From the IMG/VR virus record IMGVR_UViG_3300049173_000140, positions 1-37,936 of that record: DNA of 37,936 bases; one strand, given 5' to 3'. Both the position numbers and the translations under genes were made by a program. This stretch comes from a virus (Duplodnaviria > Caudoviricetes). Shown here piece by piece: positions 1 to 10,300 of this stretch; the stretch's first letter is position 1; each line of letters begins with the position of its first letter. The notes beneath the pieces were generated by a model. The model was not told the DNA's origin and did no database searches. It saw only the letters and a program-made list of their open reading frames with translations.

Positions 1-1
1 C

Positions 2-172
2 GTTTCAGCAGGTGTCGTCCGATTGTTGCATGAGGAAGCAGCATCCAACCTGCAAATGGGGTCGTATGTCAATCTTGTGTTCTCAGACGCTTGCCAAGTC
101 GAAGACATCCACCCACATTTGGCCCTTGCGGCACAGCTCGCTCAGGCTCTTGAAGGTTGCGAGAAATGGTGA
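2..172 (+). CDS. 3' end of a gene truncated by the window edge (hypothetical, probable moron)
   Basis: Frame 2 is open from base 2 (VSAGVVRLLHEEAASNLQMGSYVNLVFSDACQVEDIHPHLALAAQLAQALEGCEKW) to TGA at 170-172. Lower GC than the lysis genes and convergent on them. Confidence 0.5.
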   Translation, partial: VSAGVVRLLHEEAASNLQMGSYVNLVFSDACQVEDIHPHLALAAQLAQALEGCEKW

Positions 173-236
173 ATGACGGTGGAAATTGCGCTTCAACGAA
201 GGAATGCCATGCAAGGCATGTCACGGCCGTTCGGCC

Positions 237-806
237 TCACGGTGCGCGCGACATCTGCGAAGCCGACGTGATGACTGCGCGGTCGTTGCCGATGATCCCG
301 AGCAACAGATCTACTTCGGCGTCTCGCTGTTCAACGATGATTCGACCGCTTCGAAGTAGCTTTGCACCTCGTGCAGCCAGGTCTGCGAGGATCGCGGATC
401 GATCTGCGACACGCTCGCAGGCAGCGGGGTCGCTTGTGGCTTCGTCCCGATCACGGGCGGCGAAGTCGGCGAATTGCTGGCGCATCCGCTCAGCATCGCC
501 AGCAGCAGCGCGGCGGCGGCCATCGAGCGCGGCCAGTTTCTGTTCGTAGGCATTGACGTTCTCCTGTTGAGCTTTGGCATGGGCGGCCTGCATCGCGAGC
601 ACGCGCTGCAGGTCTTCGAGCGAGGCAAGCGCGCGGCGGGTGTTCTCGGCCTGGCGGTCGAGCTTTTCATCGGCGACGGCCCTCTGTGCCTTGGACACAT
701 CGGCCCTCGCCTTCAGCACCTGGGTGCGCTCGATGCCCGCCACGGCGAGCGCCAGCGTCAGCAGCAGCGCCCAGAGCCACGAAGGCACGATGTCGAGGAA
801 CTTCAT
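237..806 (-). CDS. Rz: i-spanin (Rz-like), 189 aa
   Basis: ATG at 806 overlaps the endolysin stop. N-terminal TM (WLWALLLTLALAVAGI) followed by a long Ala-rich coiled coil. Last gene of the lysis cassette. Confidence 0.85.
   Translation of the reverse strand: MKFLDIVPSWLWALLLTLALAVAGIERTQVLKARADVSKAQRAVADEKLDRQAENTRRALASLEDLQRVLAMQAAHAKAQQENVNAYEQKLAALDGRRRAAAGDAERMRQQFADFAARDRDEATSDPAACERVADRSAILADLAARGAKLLRSGRIIVEQRDAEVDLLLGIIGNDRAVITSASQMSRAP
311..553 (-). CDS. Rz1: o-spanin lipoprotein (Rz1-like), 80 aa, embedded in Rz in another frame
   Basis: AGGAG 7 nt before the ATG at 553; signal peptide AAAALLLAMLSG|C lipobox; Pro-rich segment after the Cys. Confidence 0.85.
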   Translation of the reverse strand: MPTNRNWPRSMAAAALLLAMLSGCASNSPTSPPVIGTKPQATPLPASVSQIDPRSSQTWLHEVQSYFEAVESSLNSETPK

Positions 807-1387
807 TGGCTCAGCACCTTGTACGCACGCGCCGTGATCGCCTTGCGCTCCGCAACCTTCAGTCGCGCCGGGCCGTTCACACGCCCGGTCACCTCGTAGA
901 CATCGCCGCGCTCGGCGGCCGGCAAGCAGTCCTTGAACACCGCGAAGAACCAGCATGCCGACTGCGCCGCGTACTGCGGCTGTAGCAGCAGCTCGGGATG
1001 GCGGCGGAAGTCCACCCCAAGCGCATGGCCCGCGGCGATGTAAGCGTCTTCCCAGGTGAGCTGGATGAGGCCGCGGCCGTGGAAGCCCTTGTAGCGAAGC
1101 ATGCTCAGCCCACGGGGATTGCGCACGTACTCTTCGGCCCGATAGCCACCCGTGACGAACAGGCTCGGGAAGATCTCACGCAGCCGCGCCGGCGTCGTGT
1201 AGTGGAGGTTCTCTTCGACCTTCTGCAGCGCATCGGATTCGATGGCGAGCTGCCCGAAGAAGACCGCCATGGTGTCGGCGGTGTGAATGCCGAAGCGATT
1301 CATACCGTCCGCCAGGTGCAGGGTGTAGCGCTCGGCGTCGGCGCGTGCGGCGCCGGTGCAGTCGATGAGGGTTTGCGTGTCGATCAT
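803..1387 (-). CDS. Endolysin, glycoside hydrolase family 19 (chitinase-like), 194 aa
   Basis: Motifs FFGQLAIES, EENLHY, FHGRGLIQLTW..Y, SACWFF and VTGRVNG are typical of phage GH19 lysins. Start MIDTQ overlaps the upstream stop. Confidence 0.9.
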   Translation of the reverse strand: MIDTQTLIDCTGAARADAERYTLHLADGMNRFGIHTADTMAVFFGQLAIESDALQKVEENLHYTTPARLREIFPSLFVTGGYRAEEYVRNPRGLSMLRYKGFHGRGLIQLTWEDAYIAAGHALGVDFRRHPELLLQPQYAAQSACWFFAVFKDCLPAAERGDVYEVTGRVNGPARLKVAERKAITARAYKVLSQ

Positions 1388-1776
1388 GGTTTCTTGAGTT
1401 CCTTCGCCGCGGTCTTCGCGGCCTGGTTGGCGGTTTGGGCGGCGGTCTGCGCCGTGCTCGCGGCTTCGCCCGCGGTCTGCGCGGCGCTCGCTGCGGTGTC
1501 GGCCGCGCGGTTGACGCGGCCGGTGAGGGAAGAGAGACGGTCGCCGAAGGCTTCGCGCAGCCGGGCGATCTCGGCGAGGTGGTCGTCGCGCTGGCGCGTG
1601 AGCTGCGCTTCGGCGGTGCGGGCGGCCCAGAAGTAGCCCGAGCCGAAGCCGCCGAGGAACAGGCTTCCGACGACGCCCACGGTTTCGAAGAACCGGCGCC
1701 ACTGGCGCGGCGGGCGCACGCGCGGCAAGACTTCGAGTGCCGCGCGATCCGAATCGATGTGCGACTCACTGTGCAT
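1384..1776 (-). CDS. Single-TM membrane protein with Ala-rich coiled coil (holin/antiholin candidate), 130 aa
   Basis: TM VGVVGSLFLGGFGSGYFWAA; AAQTA-type repeats; overlaps both neighbours; directly upstream of the endolysin. Confidence 0.7.
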   Translation of the reverse strand: MHSESHIDSDRAALEVLPRVRPPRQWRRFFETVGVVGSLFLGGFGSGYFWAARTAEAQLTRQRDDHLAEIARLREAFGDRLSSLTGRVNRAADTAASAAQTAGEAASTAQTAAQTANQAAKTAAKELKKP

Positions 1777-2134
1777 GGATCTGCTCCTTCAGTTGGCGAA
1801 CCTGCTCGCGCAAGAGGCCCAGCTCGGCGGTCTGCGCGGCCAGGGTTTCGCTCATCACCTTGAACTGCCCTTTCATCTCCCACACCTGTTCCAACGCTTC
1901 GTTGCGCTCGGCCGCGAATTTGTCGGCGCGCTCTTCGGCCCTGACCCGTGCGGTGCGTTCGCCTACGAGCAGCGCCTGCCAGGTCGCGAGCGCGGCAATC
2001 TGCCCGGAGCTGTCCGCCCGCTCCTTCGCCTCGGCGGGCTGCTTGGCGCGCCACACCTGATACCCGCCCGCCGCAGACAAGATCAAAAAAACGATCTGCG
2101 CGATCGGATTTGTTGCCAGGTCGCCCACGTCCAT
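1766..2134 (-). CDS. N-terminal TM plus coiled-coil protein (holin candidate), 122 aa
   Basis: Start MDVGDLATNP; TM IAQIVFLILSAAGGYQVW; heptad-rich C-terminus; first gene of the lysis cassette. Confidence 0.7.
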   Translation of the reverse strand: MDVGDLATNPIAQIVFLILSAAGGYQVWRAKQPAEAKERADSSGQIAALATWQALLVGERTARVRAEERADKFAAERNEALEQVWEMKGQFKVMSETLAAQTAELGLLREQVRQLKEQIHAQ

Positions 2135-2154
2135 GCGTTGCCTCTGCTCTCTCG

Positions 2155-2379
2155 TTAAATTTCGACCTGCACGAACGGCATCGCGGGCGCCTGCCCTTCG
2201 ATCACGCCGTCGCGCACAAAGACCTGATCGCCCACCGCACCGACGCCGCGCGCCGTGAGCACGCCGCCGCCAGGCAGCGCTAGGCGCGCGACTTCGCCGT
2301 CGATGGCGGTGATGGTTGCGACCTGCAGCGGATAGCTCGGCAGCAGGGCCAAGAAGGCGGCATAGACGTTGGTTGCCAC
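2155..2379 (-). CDS. Small phage tail-associated protein, 74 aa
   Basis: GTG start after GGAGG; ATNVYAAFLALLP...GDQVFVRDGVIEGQAP; last gene of the tail block. Confidence 0.75.
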   Translation of the reverse strand: MATNVYAAFLALLPSYPLQVATITAIDGEVARLALPGGGVLTARGVGAVGDQVFVRDGVIEGQAPAMPFVQVEI

Positions 2380-2381
2380 GC

Positions 2382-4271
2382 TCACACCTCCACATGCGTT
2401 TCGAGCGTGATCGACTGGCGCAGCACCGGCCGCTGCCAATCCACCGCCGTGCTGCGCACGAGTCCGAGGTGCGTCTCGGCGCCGTCTTCGTAGCGCACGA
2501 AGGCGCCGGGCAGGATGACCCCCGTCTCGGGCCGCACCTGAAGCCGAAGGCTGACGTTCGCCTGTGCGCCGGTGTCGGACAGCACGGCGATGCCACGCTG
2601 GGCCACGGCAACGCTGTGCGTGGTCAGCGCGTGCGTGACCATGGGCGCCACGCTGTCGCCGGCCGTGGTGCTGCGCGTGACTTGCCCCAGCACGCCGGCC
2701 GCATTGGTGCCCGCCACAAAGACCCGGTTGTAGGCCGGCTTCGTCTGCAGCTGGATGCCCTCGACCGCCACCGCCGCTGCAGGCAGCACCACATCGGGCA
2801 TCAGCGTGGCCCAGTGCCATGGCGCGGCCGGGTAGCGCGGCATCACGCGCAAGGTCGCCTCGGTCGCGTGCGGCTGCACGATGGCGCCGGCGGCGCTGGC
2901 GATGTCGAGCACCGCGCCGATGTGGCTCCCCTGAAAGTCCCACGTCCCGCCCGGCACGGTCCAATCGGTCACACCGAAGTCGATGCCCCAGCCGATGGGA
3001 ACGCCGTTGTTGGTCAGCGCGAGGTCGAGCAACTGCGCGATGCTGCGCGCCGAGGCGGACGCGTGATTCAGGATCGGCGCATAGGGTGCATCGAGCAAGG
3101 CGGCACGTCCCCTGCCCTGCACCTGCACCTTGCCATCGCCAAAGCGACGATCCCGGCCGCAATCGGTCGCGCTCAGCCGGTACGGCACGCCGTTGACCGT
3201 GGCGAGGATCTCGACGGGCGCCGCATGAATGCCGCGCCGGATGACGGGCCACGCCTCGCGCGGCAAGGTGGCGCTCCAACGCCAGGTCCAAGAGTCCGCA
3301 TCAAGGCTCATGGAAAAGGCCAGGGCCTCGATGACCTCGCCGCTGTCGATGCGCACGAGGCTGATGCTGTTCTGCACGATGTAGGCCTCCAGAATGGACA
3401 CGACGACGGTTTCGCCGGTGCCGGGCGACGGCAGATGCCGCTCGCAAATGAAAATGAGCGTCGTCGCGTGCTTCTGCAGCGCGCGAAACACGAGCGTGGT
3501 GTCGGGCACATAGCAGGGATCGACCTCGGGCGGCACGATCACCGAACGCCCCGGCAGCGGCTGCATGGCCGCCTGCCACCGCGACACGCGCCCGATGTCA
3601 AGCTGGGCGGCAGCGCCAAAGCCCGCCCCATGGCGCCGCTCGGCGCGCACGGCCTCTTGCCAGCGCGCGCGGGCGCCGCGCCGCATCCGCTCGGCTTCCT
3701 GATGCCGCAGCCCGACCGGTGCCATCGCCAGGCGCTCGGCCTCCCGCCAGCGGGCCGCAACCTCCGCGCGCGCCCGCACCGCCTCCTGATGGCGCAGGCT
3801 GGCCGTGGACCCTAGTTGATCTGCCGCCTGATAGCGCAGCACCGCGGCGGCACAGGCGCGAAGCACGTCCTGCCAGGCCGTCGAGACGCCGGCGGCCAGC
3901 GGTGCGGACTTGTGCCACGCGGCCGACCGGTGCGCACGCGCGCGCGCCGCGCTGTGATGCGTCGCCGCGGCGCCGCCTGCGATCTGCTGGGCGATCTGCC
4001 AGCCCGCCGACACCTTGCCCATGAGCGGGCGCGACACCGCACTCGCGTAGTTCGATGTGCCGCGCACCATGAAGGCCGGCAGCGGGACCGAGCCGCTCGC
4101 TGTCGCATAAGGCGGCCTCGTGACCATCGCCGTGCCGGACACCATGAACGCCGGCAGCGGGATGCGGCCGAGCGCGTAGGCCGCGCTGGTGGCCTCATCC
4201 GGCTCGCCGAACACCAGAACGTTCGGTGGCCCGTCGAGCGGCGGCTTTCCAAAGATGAGGTCTTCAACCAC
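2382..4271 (-). CDS. Phage tail tip/hub-like structural protein, about 629 aa
   Basis: GTG start overlaps the upstream gene end. Trp-spaced repeats in the N-terminal half and a hub-like C-terminal half (FSMSLDADSWTWRWSATL, PAYNRVFVAG). Position in the tail operon. Confidence 0.75.
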   Translation of the reverse strand: MVEDLIFGKPPLDGPPNVLVFGEPDEATSAAYALGRIPLPAFMVSGTAMVTRPPYATASGSVPLPAFMVRGTSNYASAVSRPLMGKVSAGWQIAQQIAGGAAATHHSAARARAHRSAAWHKSAPLAAGVSTAWQDVLRACAAAVLRYQAADQLGSTASLRHQEAVRARAEVAARWREAERLAMAPVGLRHQEAERMRRGARARWQEAVRAERRHGAGFGAAAQLDIGRVSRWQAAMQPLPGRSVIVPPEVDPCYVPDTTLVFRALQKHATTLIFICERHLPSPGTGETVVVSILEAYIVQNSISLVRIDSGEVIEALAFSMSLDADSWTWRWSATLPREAWPVIRRGIHAAPVEILATVNGVPYRLSATDCGRDRRFGDGKVQVQGRGRAALLDAPYAPILNHASASARSIAQLLDLALTNNGVPIGWGIDFGVTDWTVPGGTWDFQGSHIGAVLDIASAAGAIVQPHATEATLRVMPRYPAAPWHWATLMPDVVLPAAAVAVEGIQLQTKPAYNRVFVAGTNAAGVLGQVTRSTTAGDSVAPMVTHALTTHSVAVAQRGIAVLSDTGAQANVSLRLQVRPETGVILPGAFVRYEDGAETHLGLVRSTAVDWQRPVLRQSITLETHVEV

Positions 4272-4674
4272 CGAAGACCACCTCGCCGATGAAGAAGGTG
4301 CCGCCCTGATAGAGCTTCGCCTCGGGGTCGCCCTCGGGCGGGTTGACGACAACGAGCTTCACCTGCCCGGTGCCCGAGGGACCGCTCATGCTGAAGTCGG
4401 CCACCCAGGTGCCGCCGGCCAGCTCGACCCGGCCCCACGTCGCGATGCCGGTTGCGAGGGCCATGTCGCCCGCACTGTCGGCCTGCGCGAGCGCGAGCTG
4501 CCCATCGGTGACAGCACCCGCTGGCTGCGCGAGTACGGCCGCGGCCAGCAGCGTCGTGCCTGGGCCGCCTTCCGCCGGCTGGGCGCCGCTGTAAACCAGA
4601 AAGCGGGCGCCCTCGCCCAGATAGGCCAGAAGGCCCGGCCCTTGCAGCATGGCATTGATGGCGAGCACGTTCAT
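4264..4674 (-). CDS. Phage tail-associated structural protein, 136 aa
   Basis: Overlaps both neighbours; beta-rich ALATGIATWGRV motif as in virion proteins. Confidence 0.75.
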   Translation of the reverse strand: MNVLAINAMLQGPGLLAYLGEGARFLVYSGAQPAEGGPGTTLLAAAVLAQPAGAVTDGQLALAQADSAGDMALATGIATWGRVELAGGTWVADFSMSGPSGTGQVKLVVVNPPEGDPEAKLYQGGTFFIGEVVFGG

Positions 4675-6164
4675 GCCATCAGCTCCACCTTGCCATTGGC
4701 AAGCGTCAGCCCATCGGTGATGACCGCCCGTTTGCCGTGGGCCAGGTAGTAAGCCACCACCGTGTAGCTCTGCAGCTCGTCGATGTACTGGAAGTCATAG
4801 CTGCCGTCCGCCTTCGACCACTGCTCGCGCACCACGAGGTTGCCCGTCTCCCGCATCAGCACCACACGGCATGGGTACGGCTTGTTGAGCGGGTTCACGT
4901 AGTCGAGCGTGAAGCCTCGCACGCGGCCAATGCCCTGCCCGAGCACGCCCGTCACGAAGTCTCTGCGCCCTCGCAGATTCGATGGCCGGATGCTCACCGC
5001 ACCGTAAGGCAGCACGATGCTTGCCGCGGACGGCGTGTTGCTGGGTCGAGAGATCCCCGTGCGACCGCGAACACGATTGCGCACGATCTTCCCGCCATCG
5101 GCCATGGAGCGAACCTGCGCCTCCGTCAGCGCGGTGTTCCACCATGCGACCTCGTCGCACACTGTGCCCACCGTCGTTGTCCCGTTCCCCATCGCCACGG
5201 TGAGGCCGATGGTGCTGTTGCGCAGAGTCCCGCCCGGACTGACGGCCCCGACCCCCACGAGGTCGCCATTGAGGAAGATGCGCAGACCTTGGCCGGGTAT
5301 GTACTGGCCCACGAATTCCGCGACAGTCCCGTAGGTGTAGGCCCCCACAGCGCTGTTGGCCGCCCACGCCGTGCCTTGGTACACCGCTGTCACACCGACC
5401 CGGCCTGTGGCCGCCACCACCCCCATGCTGATGGACCATCCATCTCCGAACCCGTCGCGCCCGCGCTGCGCCACCGAAAACCCGGCAGACGGTCCCTTCC
5501 CGATGACCCGCACGGTCCACGCGCCAGCGTAAGCCGCGCCGAAAGGATCGGGCGTCAGCACCTGTGCATCGGTCGTGGCGAAGTACAGGGAGCCGGTGCT
5601 GTCGCCGATCAAGCCCGCCTGCGGTGTGATCGTGCCGCTGCCGACGCCCGTGCGTCCGTTGCCCGTGGCGTCCGCGTAGGTCGTGCCGCTCGTCTCGTCG
5701 AGCTTGTAGTAGAGAAGCGGCGAAGAAGCGAGCACCTGTGTGGACTGCGCAGCCTCGCTGGCAGTCTTCGTGCGCGCACCCGGCCACGAGATACCCGCAT
5801 ACGTGAAGGAGTCGGTCCACGTGGTCGCGTCATCGGACCACTGGAGCACGGCGATCAACAAGAACTTCGCCGGGTCGATGCTTGATCCGATCCGAATATC
5901 GGTCACATCCTGGCCGCCGCCGGAACCGAAGTCCCACGACAGCACCAGCGTCCTCAGATCGGCCGCGCTCCACGTCGCGCCCGTGCTCGTGTCGTCATCC
6001 TTGAGGTTCGCCAGCGACCCGGTGGCCGGCGCCACGTTGCTGGTCAGCGTGGCCGACGCATCGACCCGCGTCGTGGCTGCGAGCAGTTGGAACTCGGTGA
6101 TGTCCAGCCCGGCAAGTCCGTAGGCCTCCAGACCGAGTGCGCGCCAATAGCGAGGTGCGGCCAC
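4671..6164 (-). CDS. Tail fibre/receptor-binding protein with LamG (ConA-like lectin) domain, 497 aa
   Basis: LamG signatures PLLYYKLDETSGTTYADATGNGRTG, LRIFLNG and DEVAWWNTALTEAQV. N-terminal RYWR...EFQL beta-sandwich. C-terminal WSKADGSYDFQYID domain. Confidence 0.75.
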   Translation of the reverse strand: MAAPRYWRALGLEAYGLAGLDITEFQLLAATTRVDASATLTSNVAPATGSLANLKDDDTSTGATWSAADLRTLVLSWDFGSGGGQDVTDIRIGSSIDPAKFLLIAVLQWSDDATTWTDSFTYAGISWPGARTKTASEAAQSTQVLASSPLLYYKLDETSGTTYADATGNGRTGVGSGTITPQAGLIGDSTGSLYFATTDAQVLTPDPFGAAYAGAWTVRVIGKGPSAGFSVAQRGRDGFGDGWSISMGVVAATGRVGVTAVYQGTAWAANSAVGAYTYGTVAEFVGQYIPGQGLRIFLNGDLVGVGAVSPGGTLRNSTIGLTVAMGNGTTTVGTVCDEVAWWNTALTEAQVRSMADGGKIVRNRVRGRTGISRPSNTPSAASIVLPYGAVSIRPSNLRGRRDFVTGVLGQGIGRVRGFTLDYVNPLNKPYPCRVVLMRETGNLVVREQWSKADGSYDFQYIDELQSYTVVAYYLAHGKRAVITDGLTLANGKVELMA

Positions 6165-6168
6165 TCAA

Positions 6169-7365
6169 TCACCTCCAGGGACCGGTGATGTCGAGAAATG
6201 CGACACCGGTGTTGGTAGCGGTCGAGGTCTGCGAGAACGTCGTGTTGCTCGTCGTCACCGCCATCAGGTTCCGGCCCACCACAAGGCCGCTGCCGGGCGT
6301 GCGGTCGTTCATCTTGAGGGCGTTCCAGACACCCGGTTGAGGCGTCCGGTAGAACCCGGGCATCTTGGCGCGCGGCGTGTTCACACCGGCAACCGCCAGA
6401 TACGTTTCGGCAAGCCACAGCCCTCCGTCAACCACGGAGGGGAAAGCTCCCATCGAGTCGGTGATGCCGGAGATCGTGGCGCCGCCAGCGCTGCTGAACG
6501 AGAAGATGTTGGCGACCGTGGCCGACCCCAACGCGTGATAGTCGCGAGGGCACGCGGAAACCGTGGCGTCGGCCCCCGTGCCTACGCCACCCGACACCAT
6601 GTTGGTGGGGGTCGACGTGTTGGAGTAGTTCAGCACGCACGAATACGGGTCGCCTCCGGGCCTGAAGGCGATCGGGTCACCGAAACAGCGCGTGGTTCCG
6701 ATCTGAAAAGTGGACCCCGACGAATATGCCGCCAGCACCGTGAGGTAGAAGATGCGGCCGTCGCCATGGAGCGACCAAGCCACCGGCGTCGAGTTCGCGT
6801 TCACCGACTTCGCCCAATATCCGCCCCCCGCCATCTGCGCGGCCGTGGGGAATGCCCCCACCCCGGTATTGATGTCGCTCATAGACTCATAGCCGACCAC
6901 GCGCGCGAAGGTCGTGGCCGTGTCGTCGATGCGCAGACAGAAACCCGCAGAGGCCGGGTCGCTCGACTTGTAGGCCGCAAGACTGGTCCCGCTGAAAGGC
7001 TTCGTGAACCCGAGCGGCGCCATCTTGAAAGTGACTGCACCGGAGGCCACGCCATCGGCGGCAACCGTTGCGAACTTCACCACGCCAGGCGCCACCGCGG
7101 TGACCTTCTGCTCGCCGTTGAGCGCCGCGATGCTGCTGCCCGCCACGACGATGACCGAATCGACTTGCGCGCTGTGCGAGCCCGTGAAGGCCAGCGTCGC
7201 AATGCCGCCGGCCACGGTCAGACCGTTGGCGCTCTTGAGGTCGAAGCCGTTCACGAGCACGGCATCGAGCAGCGCAATCAGCGAACCTGCCGTTCCGCTG
7301 AGCGCAGGCGCGCCCGTCATGGTGTTGTTGAAGAATTTGACGCTGGTATCGACTACGGAAGTCAT
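6169..7365 (-). CDS. Phage tail fibre-like structural protein, 398 aa
   Basis: N-terminal GAPALSGTAGSLIALLDAVLVNGF motif of virion fibre-type proteins; Gly/Ser/Thr-rich; ends DITGPWR. Confidence 0.75.
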   Translation of the reverse strand: MTSVVDTSVKFFNNTMTGAPALSGTAGSLIALLDAVLVNGFDLKSANGLTVAGGIATLAFTGSHSAQVDSVIVVAGSSIAALNGEQKVTAVAPGVVKFATVAADGVASGAVTFKMAPLGFTKPFSGTSLAAYKSSDPASAGFCLRIDDTATTFARVVGYESMSDINTGVGAFPTAAQMAGGGYWAKSVNANSTPVAWSLHGDGRIFYLTVLAAYSSGSTFQIGTTRCFGDPIAFRPGGDPYSCVLNYSNTSTPTNMVSGGVGTGADATVSACPRDYHALGSATVANIFSFSSAGGATISGITDSMGAFPSVVDGGLWLAETYLAVAGVNTPRAKMPGFYRTPQPGVWNALKMNDRTPGSGLVVGRNLMAVTTSNTTFSQTSTATNTGVAFLDITGPWR

Positions 7366-7382
7366 GCTCTCTTGCTCTCTCT

Positions 7383-10300
7383 TTAGGGACGGTCCACGCC
7401 GATGAGGACCAGAATCTCGAAGCTGTCATCGAGCACCGTCTCGGCGCCCATCTGCACGGTGCGAATCGGCACGAAGGGGAAGGTCGCGGCGACGGTGTTG
7501 AAGCGGATGAGTGCGCCGGCCGGCCAGCCGTTGCCGAAGCCAGCGGCCGGGATCGTCAGGTAGGGCACGCCCGAGGGGCCGAGCGGCGAACAGTCGGCCG
7601 TCAGGCTCTGGCCGGTCACGACCTGCCCGACGTGCTCGCCGATCAGGTTGTAGGAGTTGCCGCCCGCATTGATCTGAATGCGCCAGCGCTCGGTAACGGC
7701 CCCCTTGTTGGTGACCGTGATCGGGTGGTCGATGTCGTTGAAGGTCGCATCGGCCGCACTGCCGATGAGGCTGTCGGACCATGCCCCGGTCCAGGTCTGC
7801 TGATCGAACAACAGCGACACGCGCGCCTTCACGTCGCCCATGCGCAGCCCGCTGCTCACGTAGCTGTCGCCGGCCGTGTAGTCGTGGGAGATCCGGCCGG
7901 CGAACGCCAGGCGGCCATCGATGCCGACATCGGACACGGTGAGCATGTCCTCGACACGGTGCTCGTAGACCACGGGCTGCGCGTAGCCCGACACGTCCGT
8001 GAAGGTCACCGTGCCGGCATCGAGGTTGCGCGTATAGCCCGTCTCGATGGTCACCCCATCGGCGCCGATGATCCGCGCGCGGGACAGCCGCTCGCGGCCT
8101 GCGCTCAGCGTCTGCCCGTTCGCCACCACCGCCGGCGGCAGCTGCTTGGTGTTGTGAATCACCGCGAGCTCGCCCTTGCGGAAGATCGGCACGCGCCCAT
8201 CGGCCGGCAGGCGCACCGGGTCGAGGCCCAGCAGCGTGGCATCGACCGGCAAGGTGGTGAAGGCCACCGCGTTGTAGCGGATGGTGCTGGCGAAGACCGG
8301 GACCGGCTTCCAGATCTTGCCGTCGCTGCCCACGGCATCGGGCGAATACCAGACGGCACCCTCGTTGCCCGCGGCCGTCACCCAGTCGCCGAAGCGGACC
8401 TTGCCGACACCCGTCGCGTGGTCGAAGGTGCCGTGCACGTTGGTGCCGTTGATGAAGCCCGCCGCGTCGGCCGTCACATTGATGGTGCCGCCGTTGAGCT
8501 TCGTCGCCAGGAGCTGCAGCGAGCCCGGGCTGATCGGCGCCACCGGCGTGCGGAAGACCACGTATTCGACCGGCTGACCGTCGAGGGTCGTGAGCAGGCT
8601 GTTCACCACGACGTTGCTCGATGCCGCCGCCGGCCAGGTGTTGAGCGAAGCCAGGTTCGTGGCGTAGTCGTAGCTGCCGGCCAGCGTGGCCGCGCCGGTC
8701 GCCGGGTCCAGATCCGTGTACAGCGCGCCGGCGCGGTCGAAGTAGGTCTTCCCGCCGAGCGTGAAGTTCACCGAACCCGGCACGCCCATCTCGCTGAAAT
8801 TCGGCAGCAGCCGGATGGAGAGCTTCGGCTGATTGAAGACCTGACTCGTCGTCGTGCCGGCGCCCGCCACCCGGAAATTCGCCGACACCAGCGCGCTCGC
8901 GTCCGCCGGCAGCGAGGCATTCAGGATGGCGTAGGTGTAGCCCGTGAGCGTGTTGCGGTAGAAGCCCGGCAGGTTGGGCGACAGCACAGTGCCGAGCACG
9001 CCGGACGGATTGACGGCCCATTGCGGCACGGCCACGCTCACTTGCGCCTCGGGGAACAGGGTCGCCACGCCGCTGGCGTAGTCCAGCGTGCCGAACGACA
9101 CGCCGAGGCCATCCCTCAGGTTCCCGGCGCCGTCGTCGGTCACGGTCTTGGTGGCCGCGAAGTTCTGCGGCACCCATTGGTCGGCCGGCACGCCCCCGGT
9201 GGACTGCAGCACGAGGTTCCAGTCGAGCGCGAGCGAGCGCGGCGCGATGTTGGTCTGGCCCAGGTTCAGCGTGATCGACCCATCGACGTTGCGCGCCGGC
9301 GCCGCGAAGGTCTTCGAGGACGGCTCGCCGTGGCTGTAGCCCACCGTGAAGGCGACGGCCGAGCCCGGGAGCACGTTGGGCTTCAGCTCGATGGTGCCGC
9401 CCGCATAGGAGACGGGGCCGGTGGCGTCGCCGGCGAGCACGCCGCTGCCGTTGTCGCTCGCATGGCGCGCGGTGCCGTCGTTCCAGTCCACCGACACGGT
9501 GCCGTACTGCGCCGCCTGGTGGTCGAGCGCGAGCAGGATCGACAGCGCCGCCGGGAGGATGCCGCTGCGGTCCTTGTAGTTGACCTTCGCCGCCCAGGTG
9601 TAGATCACCTCGCTGCCCACGTCCGGCAGCACGCCGAGGGTCGGTAAGGCCGTGCCGGTCGCATAGTCCACCGTGCCACTGCCGATGCTGGAGCTGGCGC
9701 CCGAGAGGCGACCGCCGCCGTCGTCGGCCAGCTCATACCAGTTGCCGCCGGCGCGGTAGGCCACGCGCAGCGAACCGGGCGCCGGCGGCGGCAGGATCGT
9801 CAGCGGGTAGTTGATGCGCCGGCTCTCGACGGTCACGACGATGGACGCCGAATCGGCCAGCTCGATGGGCGCACCGGCCGGCCGGAAGGTGATCGTCTTG
9901 TTGCCGGTGATCGCGGGCGCGTCGCTCGCGAAGGCCATCGAGCCGCCGGCGTAGTTGACGCTGCCGACAGTCAGCGCACCCAGCTTCAGGCGACCGCCAT
10001 CGTCGGTGAGCGTGCCGGCCGAGGTGACCACCGACAGCGAGCCCGGATAGACCGGGTTGCCCACCACGATGACCGCATTCGGCCCGAAGGCCACGCCCGT
10101 GGTCAGCGAGACGGTGCCCGTGCCCGAGGCGACGAGCGAGGTCGCCGACCCGGCCGCGCTGGTGTCCACGATGGGAATCTCGGTGGTGGCACTCGGCACG
10201 AGCTGGGTGTCGATGTGCTCCACCACCGCCGAGAGGTCGCCCGTGGTGACGTTCTGCGCAAGCTTCGAAATACCGTAGAACTTCGAGGCATTCGCCACCA

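Noticed and set aside
1-236. Second att site at the left edge
   Set aside because: No copy of the tRNA-Ser 3' end is present; the boundary must lie outside the window.
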